Shown here piece by piece: positions 49,605 to 59,515 of a stretch of DNA of 64,000 nucleotides. The notes under the pieces are model-generated. The model worked only from the letters and a program-made list of their open reading frames with translations, did no database searches and was not told the DNA's origin. The position numbers and the translations under genes were made by a program. Source of the DNA: an uncultured Candidatus Rokubacteria bacterium (GTDB lineage Bacteria > Methylomirabilota > Methylomirabilia > Rokubacteriales > CSP1-6). Numbering within the stretch: position 1 is the stretch's first letter; each line of letters opens with the position of its first letter. The stretch covers positions 608,001-672,000 of the forward strand of contig CAVXJS010000021.1 of the NCBI GenBank assembly GCA_963762145.1. The letters run 5' to 3'.

Positions 49605-50290
49605 CCCGGGCGCAGCAGGTCGTCGAGCGCGGCGCTCCGGCCGCGCAGCCAGCGCGGCAGCAGCGAGAGCGCGACGAGCAGCACGCCGGCCAGGCCCAGC
49701 AGGAGCAGCATGCGCCGCGCGTCCCAGGCGCCCGCCACCACCGCCCCCGCCGCCGCGGTGAAGGCCAGCGTGCCCGGCAGCATGCAGAGGAACGACGTCA
49801 CCGCGTACGAGCCGAACCCGATCGAGGTGAGTCCGTAGGCGTAGTTCTGGAGGTTGAACGGGAAGATCGGCACCAGCCGCGTGACCATCACGATGCGGAA
49901 CCCGTGCCGCGCCACCGCGCGGTCCATGCGCTCGATCGCCGGATAGCCGGCCATCCAGCGCGCCACCGCCGCGCGGGCCGCGTAGCGCGCGATCAGGAAG
50001 GACAGGCAGGCGCCGGTAGTGGCCGCGATCGCCGCGTAGACCGTGCCCCACGCGGCGCCGAAGACGAGCCCGGCAAGGATGGTGAGGGGCAGCGCGGGGA
50101 CGAAGGCGACCACCGCGATCACGTAGCCCAGGACGAACACCAGCGGCGCCCACGCGCCCAGCCCCTCGATGCGCTCGCGCAGCCGGGCCAGGTTCTCGAG
50201 CCGGATCAGGTCGGTGAGCCCGAGGGCGCGGACGACCACCACCGCCAGCGCGAGGGCCAGCAGCGTGACGACCAGCAGCCGCCGGCTCAG
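49601..50290 (-). CDS. TVP38/TMEM64 (VTT/DedA) membrane protein
   Basis: RLVPIFPFNLQNYAYGLT, LPGT; start uncertain. Confidence 0.85.
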   Translation of the reverse strand: MSRRLLVVTLLALALAVVVVRALGLTDLIRLENLARLRERIEGLGAWAPLVFVLGYVIAVVAFVPALPLTILAGLVFGAAWGTVYAAIAATTGACLSFLIARYAARAAVARWMAGYPAIERMDRAVARHGFRIVMVTRLVPIFPFNLQNYAYGLTSIGFGSYAVTSFLCMLPGTLAFTAAAGAVVAGAWDARRMLLLLGLAGVLLVALSLLPRWLRGRSAALDDLLRPG

Positions 50291-51087
50291 TACTTGCCCC
50301 GGGCGCGCTCGCGGGCGGGCAGGTTCTCCAGGCAGGTGGTCCACCAGCCGGTGCGGATCGTCTCCGCGAACTCGGCCGGCAAGCCCTCCCGGTCCATCTC
50401 GCGGGCCAGCGTCTCGTGATCGTAGACGAGCGGCACGAACTCCACCTGGAGGTCGGGCGCCGCGGTCAGCACCGCGTACCAGACATTGGTGCGGCCGTCG
50501 TTCTCGGGCCGCCCGATCACGCCCACGTTCACCGCGTGGCGGGCGTCGGGCAGCGCGCGATGCCACTTCATGCCGGTGTGGGTGCACAGCATCACGTCGG
50601 CCTCCGCGCGGTCCATCAGGTGGCGCAGCAGCCCGTTCGGCGTCGCCGACTCCCACAGGAACTCGTTGACCACGCGCGGGGAGCCGTGGCACATCAGCAC
50701 CCGGTGCGGTCCCAGCTTGAGCCGCCGGTGGCGCGGCAGCGCGCCGAGCCACGTCTTGTTCTCGGCCGAGGTGTGCTCGAACGTGTAGCGGTAGCTGATC
50801 GCCGCGTAGTGATTGTCGCGCGGGTCGGTGTAGCCACAGCCGCAGTCGGTGCGCCCGGAGGCGAGCGACTCGTCGTAGTTGCCCTGGATCGCCACGACCC
50901 CGTGCTCGCGCAGGAGCGGGAACACGCGGTCCGGATGCGGGCCGAAGCCGCCCATGTCGCCCAGGCAGAACACCGCCTCCACGTCGCGGGCCCGCGCGTC
51001 GGCCAGCAGCGCCTCGAGGGCGAGCGCGTTGCTGTACACCCCGCCGAATACCGCGATCCGCCGGTACTCGCCTAGCTGTTCCGACAC
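50287..51087 (-). CDS. Metallophosphoesterase family protein
   Basis: GGVYSN, CLGD, QGNYD, DCGCGY, CHGSP, CTHTG. Confidence 0.85.
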   Translation of the reverse strand: MSEQLGEYRRIAVFGGVYSNALALEALLADARARDVEAVFCLGDMGGFGPHPDRVFPLLREHGVVAIQGNYDESLASGRTDCGCGYTDPRDNHYAAISYRYTFEHTSAENKTWLGALPRHRRLKLGPHRVLMCHGSPRVVNEFLWESATPNGLLRHLMDRAEADVMLCTHTGMKWHRALPDARHAVNVGVIGRPENDGRTNVWYAVLTAAPDLQVEFVPLVYDHETLAREMDREGLPAEFAETIRTGWWTTCLENLPARERARGKY

Positions 51088-51977
51088 GTCATCCCCGTCT
51101 GGCGGCAGGTCACGCACGCCGGGTGGTAGAGCGGCGTGGGCTGGAACGATTCCTCCAGGCCGCCGCCGGAGAGACGCGCGCCCTCGAGCCCGGCCAGGAT
51201 CGGGCACGCGTAGACCCCGCCCGCCGCCACCACGCGGGCGTCCGCGCACTGCAGCACCGAGCGGTCGAAGCCCTCGAGGTCCTCCTCGGTGAGCGGCGCG
51301 ACCGCGCCCGCCGGCTGCCGGCCGAGGCCGAACACCGGCATGATCTTCACGCGCGGCCGCTCCACGCCCTGCGCGTGCAGGAAGTCGCGGAAGCGCTCGT
51401 ACATGCCGGAGCCCGCCGGGTGCTCGTCGCGCGTGATCTCGGTGGCGGTCACGATCGGCAGCAGGCCCCGCTCGCGCAGCAGCCGGACCGCCTCCACCGC
51501 CTTTGCCCACGCGCCCGCGCCGCGGATGCGGTCGTTCCTCTCGGGGTCCGTGTCGTCGAGGCTCACGCGCAGCTCCAGCGAGTACGGCGCCCGCGCGGCC
51601 AGCGCGGCGAGCGCGTCGGCCATCGCCGGCCCGATCAGCGTGCCGTTGGTGAGCACGGTGGTCGGCGCGGCCGCGAGGGCCCGCTCGAGGAGCGGCAGGA
51701 TCTCGCCGTGCAGGAAGGGCTCGCCGCCGGTGAAGTAGATCTCCTTCACGCCCGCGCGCTCGGCCTCGCGGATGGCGCGCTCGATGGTGGCGGGGTCGAG
51801 CGGCTTCAGCCAGGGCGACTCCGGGCCGCTCGCGTTGATGCAGTGGCGGCACTCGAGGTTGCACCACGTCCCGGTGATCTGCACCCACAGCGTGGCGAGC
51901 CCCACGAACGGGGCGAGCGGCGCCGGGCCCGCGGGGGTGCCCGCGAATGTAACCGTCTGGAGCGGGATCCGGGTCAT
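51072..51977 (-). CDS. Radical SAM protein
   Basis: CNLECRHC, FTGGEPF, LTNG, C-terminal Cys cluster. Confidence 0.9.
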   Translation of the reverse strand: MTRIPLQTVTFAGTPAGPAPLAPFVGLATLWVQITGTWCNLECRHCINASGPESPWLKPLDPATIERAIREAERAGVKEIYFTGGEPFLHGEILPLLERALAAAPTTVLTNGTLIGPAMADALAALAARAPYSLELRVSLDDTDPERNDRIRGAGAWAKAVEAVRLLRERGLLPIVTATEITRDEHPAGSGMYERFRDFLHAQGVERPRVKIMPVFGLGRQPAGAVAPLTEEDLEGFDRSVLQCADARVVAAGGVYACPILAGLEGARLSGGGLEESFQPTPLYHPACVTCRQTGMTCRNS

Positions 51978-52050
51978 TCCGCGGGCTCGTGCTTCATTGG
52001 AGGCTTCAGCATGCTCCGGTCCCGACGCGGATTGTCACAGCCGCGTCAAT

Positions 52051-52980
52051 TCAGACGAAGACGCCTTCCGGCAGGAACGCGGAGACGATCCAGTTCGGCG
52101 CGTCCACGATCTCGCTGATCTTGAGGTCCACCGTCACGCTGCACAGGATGTAGGCCTGCTCGCGCGAGAGCCCGCGCTCGCGGACCAGGTGGTCGATCAT
52201 GTAGCGCACCGCCTGCTGGGAGGACGCGAAGAGATCGGGCCCGTGCGCGGTGGTGGCGAACCACGTGCCCGCGGGCGCCGCCGCGGAGGGCGCGCGCGTG
52301 GTGCGGAGCTGCGGCTCGGCGAGCCCGCGCCCGGACTGGAGCCCGAAGCGCGCGGTCACGCGGCCGCCCATCTCCACCGCGGTGACGCAGACCTCCCCGT
52401 CCCCCTGGATCCCGTGGGTGTCGCCCACGCTGAACAGCGCGCCGTCCACCCACACCGGCAGGTAGAGCGTGGAGCCGGCGGTGAGCTGCTTGATGTCCAT
52501 GTTGCCGCCGTTCTTGCGAGGCGGCATCGTGCTGTGACCGCCCGGCTCGTCGAGGGCCGTCCCCATCACCCCCGGGAACGGATCGAGCGGCACCGCGATG
52601 TGGTTCCCCGCGCGCGCGAAGCGCCCGTCGGACAGGTCCCAGATCTGGAGATGCGGCTTGCTGAAATCGGCCTCGGGCAGGAGCCCGCGGCCGGGCCGGA
52701 TGGCGGTCCAGCCGAACTCGGCCGGCTTCACCTCGAGGATCTCGACCACCAGGACGTCGCCCGGCCGGGCGCCCTTGACCCGGACCGGCCCGGTGAGCGG
52801 ATGGCCGCGGAAGGGGCCGCGCCCCATCACGTCGTCGTGCGTGGAGCTGCGGGTGTAGTACCGGTTCGCCGCATCGCGGCAGTCGAACACCACGGTGTCG
52901 CCCGGCTCGATCTCGAGCCGCGGGGGCAGCGCGTTGTTCCATTCCTGGTGGATCTGCGCGTCGTCGAGGTGATGGTCCAT
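52051..52980 (-). CDS. Acetamidase/formamidase family protein
   Basis: HPLTGPV..GARPGD, GGNMD, GDTHGIQGDGEV..TAVE. Confidence 0.92.
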   Translation of the reverse strand: MDHHLDDAQIHQEWNNALPPRLEIEPGDTVVFDCRDAANRYYTRSSTHDDVMGRGPFRGHPLTGPVRVKGARPGDVLVVEILEVKPAEFGWTAIRPGRGLLPEADFSKPHLQIWDLSDGRFARAGNHIAVPLDPFPGVMGTALDEPGGHSTMPPRKNGGNMDIKQLTAGSTLYLPVWVDGALFSVGDTHGIQGDGEVCVTAVEMGGRVTARFGLQSGRGLAEPQLRTTRAPSAAAPAGTWFATTAHGPDLFASSQQAVRYMIDHLVRERGLSREQAYILCSVTVDLKISEIVDAPNWIVSAFLPEGVFV

Positions 52981-53039
52981 GGCGCCGTCGAGTATACACG
53001 CCCGGACACGGGACGGCGGGCGCGTAGTATGCTCTCGGC

Positions 53040-53702
53040 GTGCCGTTCACCAGGACGCTCTGGAGCAGCATCGAGCCGATCTACGCGACGATCCTCGCGC
53101 ACCCGTTCCTGCGCGGGCTCACCGACGGATCGCTCCCGCGCGAGGCCTTCCAGTTCTACGCGGTGCAGGACGCGCTCTACCTGCGCGACTTCGCCCGCGC
53201 GCTGGCGCTGGCCGCCGCCCGCGCCCCGCGCGAGGACTGGATCATCATGTTCACCGAGCACGCCGCGGGCGCGCTCAAGGTGGAGAAGACGCTGCACGAG
53301 TCCTTCTTCAAGGACTTCGGGCTCTCCCCGGAGGCGGTCTCGGCCACGCCGCTCGCGCCCACGAACCTCGCCTACACCTCGTACCTGCTCGCGACGTCGC
53401 ACGCGGGGCCCTTCCACGAGGCGGTCGCCGCCCTCCTGCCCTGCTACTGGATCTACTGGGAGGTGGGGAAGAACCTCGAGCGCGCGGGCTCGCGCGACCC
53501 TCTCTACGCCCGCTGGATCGGCACCTACGCCTCCGAGGAGTTCGCCGCGGTGGTGCGCGACGTGCTGGCGTGCACCGACACGCTCGCCGAGAGCCTGCGC
53601 GACCACGAGCGCGAGACGATGCGGCGGCACTTCGTCACCACCAGCCGCTACGAGTGGATGTTCTGGGACATGGGCTGGCGCCAGGAGACCTGGCCCGTCT
53701 AG
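53040..53702 (+). CDS. tenA: Thiaminase II
   Basis: HPFL, QDALYL, LLPCYWIY, WIGTY, EWMFWD. Confidence 0.92.
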   Translation: MPFTRTLWSSIEPIYATILAHPFLRGLTDGSLPREAFQFYAVQDALYLRDFARALALAAARAPREDWIIMFTEHAAGALKVEKTLHESFFKDFGLSPEAVSATPLAPTNLAYTSYLLATSHAGPFHEAVAALLPCYWIYWEVGKNLERAGSRDPLYARWIGTYASEEFAAVVRDVLACTDTLAESLRDHERETMRRHFVTTSRYEWMFWDMGWRQETWPV

Positions 53703-53743
53703 CCTCTCCCTCTGACCGAAGGGGAGAGGGCAGGGTGAGGGGG
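53703..53743 (-). repeat. REP palindrome (long-loop variant)
   Basis: cctctccctctgaccgaaggggagagggcagggtgagggg. Confidence 0.85.
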
Positions 53744-53750
53744 CCACGGT

Positions 53751-54302
53751 ATGCGAATAGCTCCACGAAGCGCACTTCCCGTCTTGGCGCTGGCCATCGC
53801 GGTTGCTGGTTGCTCGACCTACGCGGCACCGCGCTATTCGATCGCTCCAACCAATATCGCGGCCTTGCGCGCGTTCAGAGGGCAGGCGGTCAACGTTGGA
53901 CCGTTCACCGCTGCAAAGCCCGGGCGAAACGAGATCACCTGTCGCGCGGTCGGGCCAACTCGGACGCCCGACGGCGAGCCATTCGAGGAATACATTCGGA
54001 AAGCCTTCATTGCCGATCTGAGCATCGCCGAAGTGTACTCGGCGGCTGCCCCGGTTACCTTGACCGGACGGGTAGACGCCCTCGATTTCTCTTCCGGACT
54101 CACGGACGCGGCCTGGGACATCGCCGTAACGATCTCATCGTCAAACGGCAAGAGCGTCTCGGTCGACAATCGCTATCCATTCTCCGGGAACTTCGTTGGT
54201 GAAGTCGCATGCAATCAGACCGCCCAGGCTCTGATGCCGGCCGTCCAGGATCTCATCGGCAAGATCATCGCGCACCCGGACTTCGCGGCCCTCTTGCGTT
54301 GA
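53751..54302 (+). CDS. Hypothetical lipoprotein
   Basis: Lipobox VAGC; AT-richer codon usage than neighbours. Confidence 0.75.
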   Translation: MRIAPRSALPVLALAIAVAGCSTYAAPRYSIAPTNIAALRAFRGQAVNVGPFTAAKPGRNEITCRAVGPTRTPDGEPFEEYIRKAFIADLSIAEVYSAAAPVTLTGRVDALDFSSGLTDAAWDIAVTISSSNGKSVSVDNRYPFSGNFVGEVACNQTAQALMPAVQDLIGKIIAHPDFAALLR

Positions 54303-54341
54303 TGGCCGACAAATAGACAGTAGACGGGAGACCTCGCCCGC

Positions 54342-55240
54342 CTAGCGAACGGGGCGCGGGCGGGTGAGCCAGATCCCGAGCCCGGTGATCGCCAGCGCCA
54401 CCGGCGTGAGCCCGCCCGCCACGTAGACCCACCGCGAGACGAGCCCGCCGAAGCGCCCCTCGTGCAGCGCAGCGGTCAGGGCCCAGATCCCCGCGCCGGA
54501 TTGTGGCGGGGCGCTCGTCACCGCCCCGGTGGCGCGATCCACCCGCGCCACGCTCCCGTCGCGCTCCCGCACCTCCACCGTCCCGGCAGGCGGCGGCACC
54601 GCGTCGACGGCCAGCGCGAGCAGCGCCCCGGTCCCCGCCACCGGCAGGTGGAACGCGAGCGAGGCGATCCCGACCACCTTGTGCACGTCGAACCCCACCA
54701 CGGGCCAGCGGCGGCCGCGCCGGATCGTGAAGCCGCGCGACGGCCGCCGGGTGAAGGGCCACCAGAGGAAGAGCCCGGTCGCGCCCTGCAGCACCAGGAG
54801 CCCCCCGAGCGCGCCCACGGCGAAGCGCCCGCGCCCACCGAGGTAGAGCTCGGTGTGAAGGGCGCGCAGCGCGTGCAGCGGCGAGCGCTCGAGCCAGCGG
54901 GAGCCGAGCACGCGCGCGGAGCCTGGATCGATCCACACCTCCACGATCTCGCCCCCCGGCCGCTCGAGGCGCAGCCGCGCGGCGTGGCCCTCGCGCTCCG
55001 GCAGCGTGAGGCGCACGGGGGCCAGCCCGGGATGCGCGGCCTGGCCGGCGGCCAGCAGCGACCGGAGCGGCGCGCGGACCCCGCCGGTGTCACGCGCAAC
55101 GCGCCGCCGAACACCGCGTCGTCCAGCTCGGGGCGGAAGACCAGCAGGGCGCCGCTCACGCTCACCAGCAGCAGCCCCGCGCCCGCGAGCAGGGCGATGC
55201 CCAGGTGCAGCCACAGGACGGCGGCGCGGCCTTTCCTCAT
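54342..55240 (-). CDS. PepSY-associated TM helix protein (frameshift ~55085)
   Basis: WLHLGI..VSGALLVF, LH.ELY, TGLFLWWP, DVHKVVG, LHEG. Confidence 0.85.
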
Positions 55241-55306
55241 GGGGCCTATGCTATGCTACCGGCGCGTTCCACCCTTCGTTTCGCCGTTGGAGCCAGAGGG
55301 CGCGAC

Positions 55307-56662
55307 ATGTCGCAGAGCCTTCCCGGATATCTCGATGAGATCAAGCGCAGCAAACCCGACGACCTGGTCGTCGTCTCCCGGGAGCTGGACCCGGCCTACG
55401 AGGTCACCGCGCTGGTGGTGAAGCTCGAGCGCGAGGGCCGCCGGCGCCCGGTCCTGATCTGCGAGCGCGTGCGCGGCACCCAGTTCCCGGTGCTGACCAA
55501 CCTGCACGCGAGCCGCTCCCGCCTGGCGCTGGCCATGGGCTCGGCGCCCGAGGACATGCTGGCCACCTATCTGCGCGGGATGGACAAGCCGATCCCTCCG
55601 CGCGTCGTCACGAGCGGGCCGTGCCAGGACGTGGTGCTGACCGGCGACCGCATCAACCTGTACGACCTGCCGCAGATCCTCCACCACGAAGGCGACGCGG
55701 GCGCCTACCTCACCGCCGCGATCTCGTTCGCGAAGGACCCGACGAGCGAGACCTGGAACTGCGCCTACAACCGGCTCATGATCCAGGGGCGCGACCGCAC
55801 CTCGATCCACCTGACCGCGGGCAAGCACCTCTGGGAGTTCCAGCGCATCGCGGAGTCGCTCGGCAAGCCGCTGCCGGTGGCCTTCGCCATCGGCGTGCAC
55901 CCGGCCATCGCGCTGGGTGCGCTGGCCATCGGCTCCATCGACGAGGACGAGCGCGCGATCATGGGCGCGCTCCTGCGCGAGCCGCTCGAGCTGGTGAAGT
56001 GCCAGACCTCCGACGTGCTCGCCCCCGCCCACGCCGAGATGATCATCGAGGCCGAGATCCTGCCCGGAGCGCGGACCCCCGAGGGCCCCTTCGGCGAGTT
56101 CACCGGCTACAGCCTGGGCGAGCGCGCGCGCGAGGTGGTACAGGTCAAGGCCATCACCCACCGGCGGGGCGCCTACTTCCAGGACATCACGGTGGCCCAC
56201 CTCGACCACATGCTGCTCTCCACGATCCCGATGGAGGCCAACCTCTACCGCGCGGTGCGCGCGATGGTGCCCTCGGTGAAGGCGGTGCGCGTGCCCGCGC
56301 CGTTCACCTGCTACGTCTCCATCGAGCAGCGGCTGATCGGCCAGGCCAAGAACGCGATCCTGTCCGTGCTGGGCGCCGATCTCTACATGAAGCGCGTGGT
56401 GGTCGTGGACGAGGACGTGAACATCTTCGACGACCGCCAGGTCACCTGGGCCATCGCCACCCGCTGCCAGCCCGACCGCGACATCACCATCATCACCAAC
56501 GCGCGCGGCTCGGACCTCGATCCCTCGTCCCGCGAGGACGGCTACTCCGCGAAGTGGGGCGTGGACGCGACCGCGAAGCCCTCGCTCGCCGGCTACACCC
56601 CGCGGCACCGCGTGCCGCCCGCGGTGTGGAAGCGCCTCAACTTGAAGGACTACGTGGAGTAG
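55307..56662 (+). CDS. UbiD family decarboxylase
   Basis: EGPFGEFTGY, VVVDEDVNI, TWAIATR, LDPS, KWGVDAT. Confidence 0.92.
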   Translation: MSQSLPGYLDEIKRSKPDDLVVVSRELDPAYEVTALVVKLEREGRRRPVLICERVRGTQFPVLTNLHASRSRLALAMGSAPEDMLATYLRGMDKPIPPRVVTSGPCQDVVLTGDRINLYDLPQILHHEGDAGAYLTAAISFAKDPTSETWNCAYNRLMIQGRDRTSIHLTAGKHLWEFQRIAESLGKPLPVAFAIGVHPAIALGALAIGSIDEDERAIMGALLREPLELVKCQTSDVLAPAHAEMIIEAEILPGARTPEGPFGEFTGYSLGERAREVVQVKAITHRRGAYFQDITVAHLDHMLLSTIPMEANLYRAVRAMVPSVKAVRVPAPFTCYVSIEQRLIGQAKNAILSVLGADLYMKRVVVVDEDVNIFDDRQVTWAIATRCQPDRDITIITNARGSDLDPSSREDGYSAKWGVDATAKPSLAGYTPRHRVPPAVWKRLNLKDYVE

Positions 56663-56678
56663 CGGCCGCGCCCCTCTC

Positions 56679-58058
56679 GTGATCTCCGAGCGGACGCCGA
56701 ACGTCACCGCGCGGCTGACCGAAGCCGCGCGCCGTCGGCCCGCGCACCCCGCGCTGGTCTGGGACGGCGGCGCGCTCTCCTGGCGCGAGCTCGAGGGACG
56801 CGCGGCCGGCCTGGCGCGGCGGCTCGCGCGCCAGGGCGTGGGCGCGGGCGACGTCGTCGCGCTGCTCCTGCCCAACTCGTGGGGCCTCGTCGCCGCGCTC
56901 TGGGGCGGCCTCGCGCTCGGGGCCACCGTGGCGCCGCTCAACCCGCTGCTCGCCGGCGACGAGCGCGAGCGCATCCTCCGCCACCTGGGTCCGAAGGCGG
57001 TGGTGGACGCCGCGCCCGCGGAGGAAGCCGCCGACCCGATGGAGGTCGCGGACCCCAGCGCGCCCGGCATCATCCTCTACACGTCGGGCAGCACCGGGCA
57101 ACCCAAGGGCACGCTCCTCTCCCACGCCGCGCTCGCGGTCGCCAACGAATCCTGGGCCGGTCCGGTCATGGCGCTCGTGCCCGACGATCGCGTGCTGGCC
57201 GCACTGCCGCTCGCCCACTCGTTCGGGCTGAACGGGGCGCTGCTGGCGCCGCTGCTGGCCGGGGCCACGGTGGTGCTGCAGGAGCGCTTCTCACCCGACG
57301 AGACGCTCGGCGCCATCGGGCGGCACCGGGTCACCGTGTTCCCCGGGGTGGCCACGATGTTCGCGCGCATCCTCGAATCGCCCGCGCTGGCGGGCGCGGA
57401 CGTCTCGAGCCTCCGCCTCGCGGTGTCCGGCGCGGCGCCCTGTCCGTGGCCGCTCGCCCGCGAGTGGCGGCGGCGCACCGGGGTACGCATCGTGCGCGGT
57501 TACGGGATGACCGAGCTCTTCCGCCCCATCTCCTATCAGGCCGCCGAGCCGACCGACCATCCGGATTCGATCGGCCGCGCGGTGCCCGGCGTCGAGCTCC
57601 GGCTCGTGGACGACGAGCTCTGGATCCGCTCGCCCGCGGCCATGGACGGCTACCTGCGCGCGCCCGAGGAGACCGCCGCGGTGCTCGAGGGCGGCTGGTT
57701 CAAGACCGGCGACCTCGCCACCATCTCAGACGATGGCTTCGTCAGCATCGTGGGGCGCAAGCGCGAGCTCATCCTGCGCGGAGGGTACTCGGTGGTGCCC
57801 GGCGAGGTCGAGGCGACGCTGCTCGGTCACCCGGCGGTGGCGGAGGCCGCGGTGGTCGGCGTCGCGCACGCCGAGCTGGGCGAGGAGGTGGCCGCCTTCG
57901 TGACGCTGCGGTCGCGCGCCGCGGCCGATCCGGAGGAGCTGATCGCCTTCTGTCGGGCGCGCCTGGCCGGCTTCAAGTACCCGCGGCGGATCACGATCGT
58001 GGGCGAGCTGCCGAAGAGCGCGACGGGGAAGATCCTGAAGGGGAAGCTGCGGGAGTAA
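56679..58058 (+). CDS. AMP-binding acyl-CoA synthetase
   Basis: YTSGSTGQPKG, GYGMTE, FKTGD, LPKSATGK. Confidence 0.92.
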   Translation: MISERTPNVTARLTEAARRRPAHPALVWDGGALSWRELEGRAAGLARRLARQGVGAGDVVALLLPNSWGLVAALWGGLALGATVAPLNPLLAGDERERILRHLGPKAVVDAAPAEEAADPMEVADPSAPGIILYTSGSTGQPKGTLLSHAALAVANESWAGPVMALVPDDRVLAALPLAHSFGLNGALLAPLLAGATVVLQERFSPDETLGAIGRHRVTVFPGVATMFARILESPALAGADVSSLRLAVSGAAPCPWPLAREWRRRTGVRIVRGYGMTELFRPISYQAAEPTDHPDSIGRAVPGVELRLVDDELWIRSPAAMDGYLRAPEETAAVLEGGWFKTGDLATISDDGFVSIVGRKRELILRGGYSVVPGEVEATLLGHPAVAEAAVVGVAHAELGEEVAAFVTLRSRAAADPEELIAFCRARLAGFKYPRRITIVGELPKSATGKILKGKLRE

Positions 58059-58073
58059 GGCGCCTCACCTCCT

Positions 58074-58113
58074 CCCCTCACCCTGCCCTCTCCCCTTCGG
58101 TGAGAGGGAGAAG
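58074..58113 (+). repeat. REP palindrome (long-loop variant)
   Basis: cccctcaccctgccctctccccttcggtgagagggagaag, near-exact reverse complement of 53703-53743. Confidence 0.85.
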
Positions 58114-58120
58114 GGGAGCA

Positions 58121-58151
58121 GGCGGCGCGGGGGTGCTCCCCCCGCGCCGCC
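58121..58151. terminator. Hairpin between convergent genes
   Basis: GGCGGCGCGGGGG / CCCCCGCGCCGCC stem. Confidence 0.5.
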
Positions 58152-58207
58152 GCGCCTATGTGAACGCGCGATCCCTCGCGCGGCTGGACGCTACCTGTTT
58201 CGCGGGC

Positions 58208-58489
58208 CTACTTCTTGACTTCGGGCGTGGGTGCCGGCGTCGTGGCGGGCGCGGCCTTCGTCGCGTCGCCTTCGGCCTTCTTGGCGGCGTGCTTCTTCTT
58301 GCCGTGCTGCTTGTCGGCCTTCTTGTCCTTCTTCTCCATCTGCATGTCGCCGCCCTTCGCGGGAGGCGTGGCGGGCGTCGTCGCCGGCGCGGGGGCGGGA
58401 GTGGCCGGGGTCTGCGCCACCGCCGAGCCCACCACGCCGAGCGCGAACACCGAGGCCGCCACGAGAGACATCACACGAGCCGTCTTCAT
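58208..58489 (-). CDS. Small secreted Pro/Ala/Lys-rich protein
   Basis: MKTARVMSLVAASVFALG signal peptide. Confidence 0.7.
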   Translation of the reverse strand: MKTARVMSLVAASVFALGVVGSAVAQTPATPAPAPATTPATPPAKGGDMQMEKKDKKADKQHGKKKHAAKKAEGDATKAAPATTPAPTPEVKK

Positions 58490-58542
58490 TTCAAGAACTC
58501 CTCTCTCTACGATGAGATTTGTTTGTGTCTGCTTGCTGCCGG

Positions 58543-58872
58543 TTAGTCGAACAGGGTCGTGAAGAAATTCTTCACGCTGTGGCCGAACGACACGGCCCCT
58601 TCCTTCGTCTTGGTCCAGGCCGACTTGGCCTCGGGCTCCGCCGCCCGCCCCGCCTCCTTGATCTTCTCGCCCGCCGTCTCGGCGCCTCCGACCACGGTGT
58701 TGCCGATGCCCTTCGCGGTGTCCTGGACGCCCTGACCGATCTGCTTGGCGCCGCTCTCGACCTGCTGCGCGCCCTGCCGGGCCTTGGCGTCGTCGGCCAT
58801 CGCGGCCGGCGCCGTCGTCAGCGCCAGCGCCATGACGAGCCCCGTGATCCGCTTGTTCACCGCCGTCCTCAT
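58543..58872 (-). CDS. Small secreted helical-repeat protein
   Basis: Signal peptide, GAKQIGQGV-type repeats. Confidence 0.7.
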   Translation of the reverse strand: MRTAVNKRITGLVMALALTTAPAAMADDAKARQGAQQVESGAKQIGQGVQDTAKGIGNTVVGGAETAGEKIKEAGRAAEPEAKSAWTKTKEGAVSFGHSVKNFFTTLFD

Positions 58873-59042
58873 CCGCCGCCTCCTTGCGTCGTGGGTGTAA
58901 CGCCGTGACTCGCAGGAAAGTTCGGGGCAACCCACATGCCAGCGCCGCGGGGTCGCGGCGAAGGCAATCGCGCGCTGGCAAGGCGTTTGCCTCTCGCGGG
59001 CAGCGAAGTGGCGGGGAGGAATTACATGGCGGCGTGTAAGGA

Positions 59043-59441
59043 TTACCAGGAGAAGACGTGGGTCGGAGTCATCTCCACGATCACCGAGTCGGACTCGCCG
59101 AGCGCCGCCTCGCGCGGGTACTGCGGATACTTTGCGTAGAGCCGCCGCCGCAGGCTCCGGAAGCGCGGACCGCGCTCGATCACCCGCGCGGTGCCCTGCA
59201 CCATCACGCCCTGGATCTGGTCCCAGTCGTCCGAGTAGAGATCCACGGTCAGGGCCAGCTTCGGGTTGGCGCGCAGGTTGAGGACCTTGCGCCCCTTCTT
59301 CCCCGACGCGAAGTAGATCTTGCCGCCGAGGAGAAGCTGGCAGACCGGCACGAGGTGCGGCACGCCCGCCGCGCCCACGGTGGCGACGCGCGCCACGCGC
59401 TCCCACTGGATCAGCTTCGCCTGCGCTTTCGTCAGTCGCAT
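59043..59441 (-). CDS. Pyridoxamine 5'-phosphate oxidase family protein
   Basis: ARVATV..PHLVPV, KVLNLRANP, GVMVQG, KYPQY. Confidence 0.85.
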   Translation of the reverse strand: MRLTKAQAKLIQWERVARVATVGAAGVPHLVPVCQLLLGGKIYFASGKKGRKVLNLRANPKLALTVDLYSDDWDQIQGVMVQGTARVIERGPRFRSLRRRLYAKYPQYPREAALGESDSVIVEMTPTHVFSW

Positions 59442-59515
59442 GGGGTTTCCTCCGTGGGCGTGAAGTGTACGCGACGCATTGACCGCGACGCGCGCGTTGA
59501 TGTAGATTCGGCCGC

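Noticed and set aside
54300-54345. Possible attC relic after the AT-richer lipoprotein gene
   Set aside because: No convincing stem or intact core boxes
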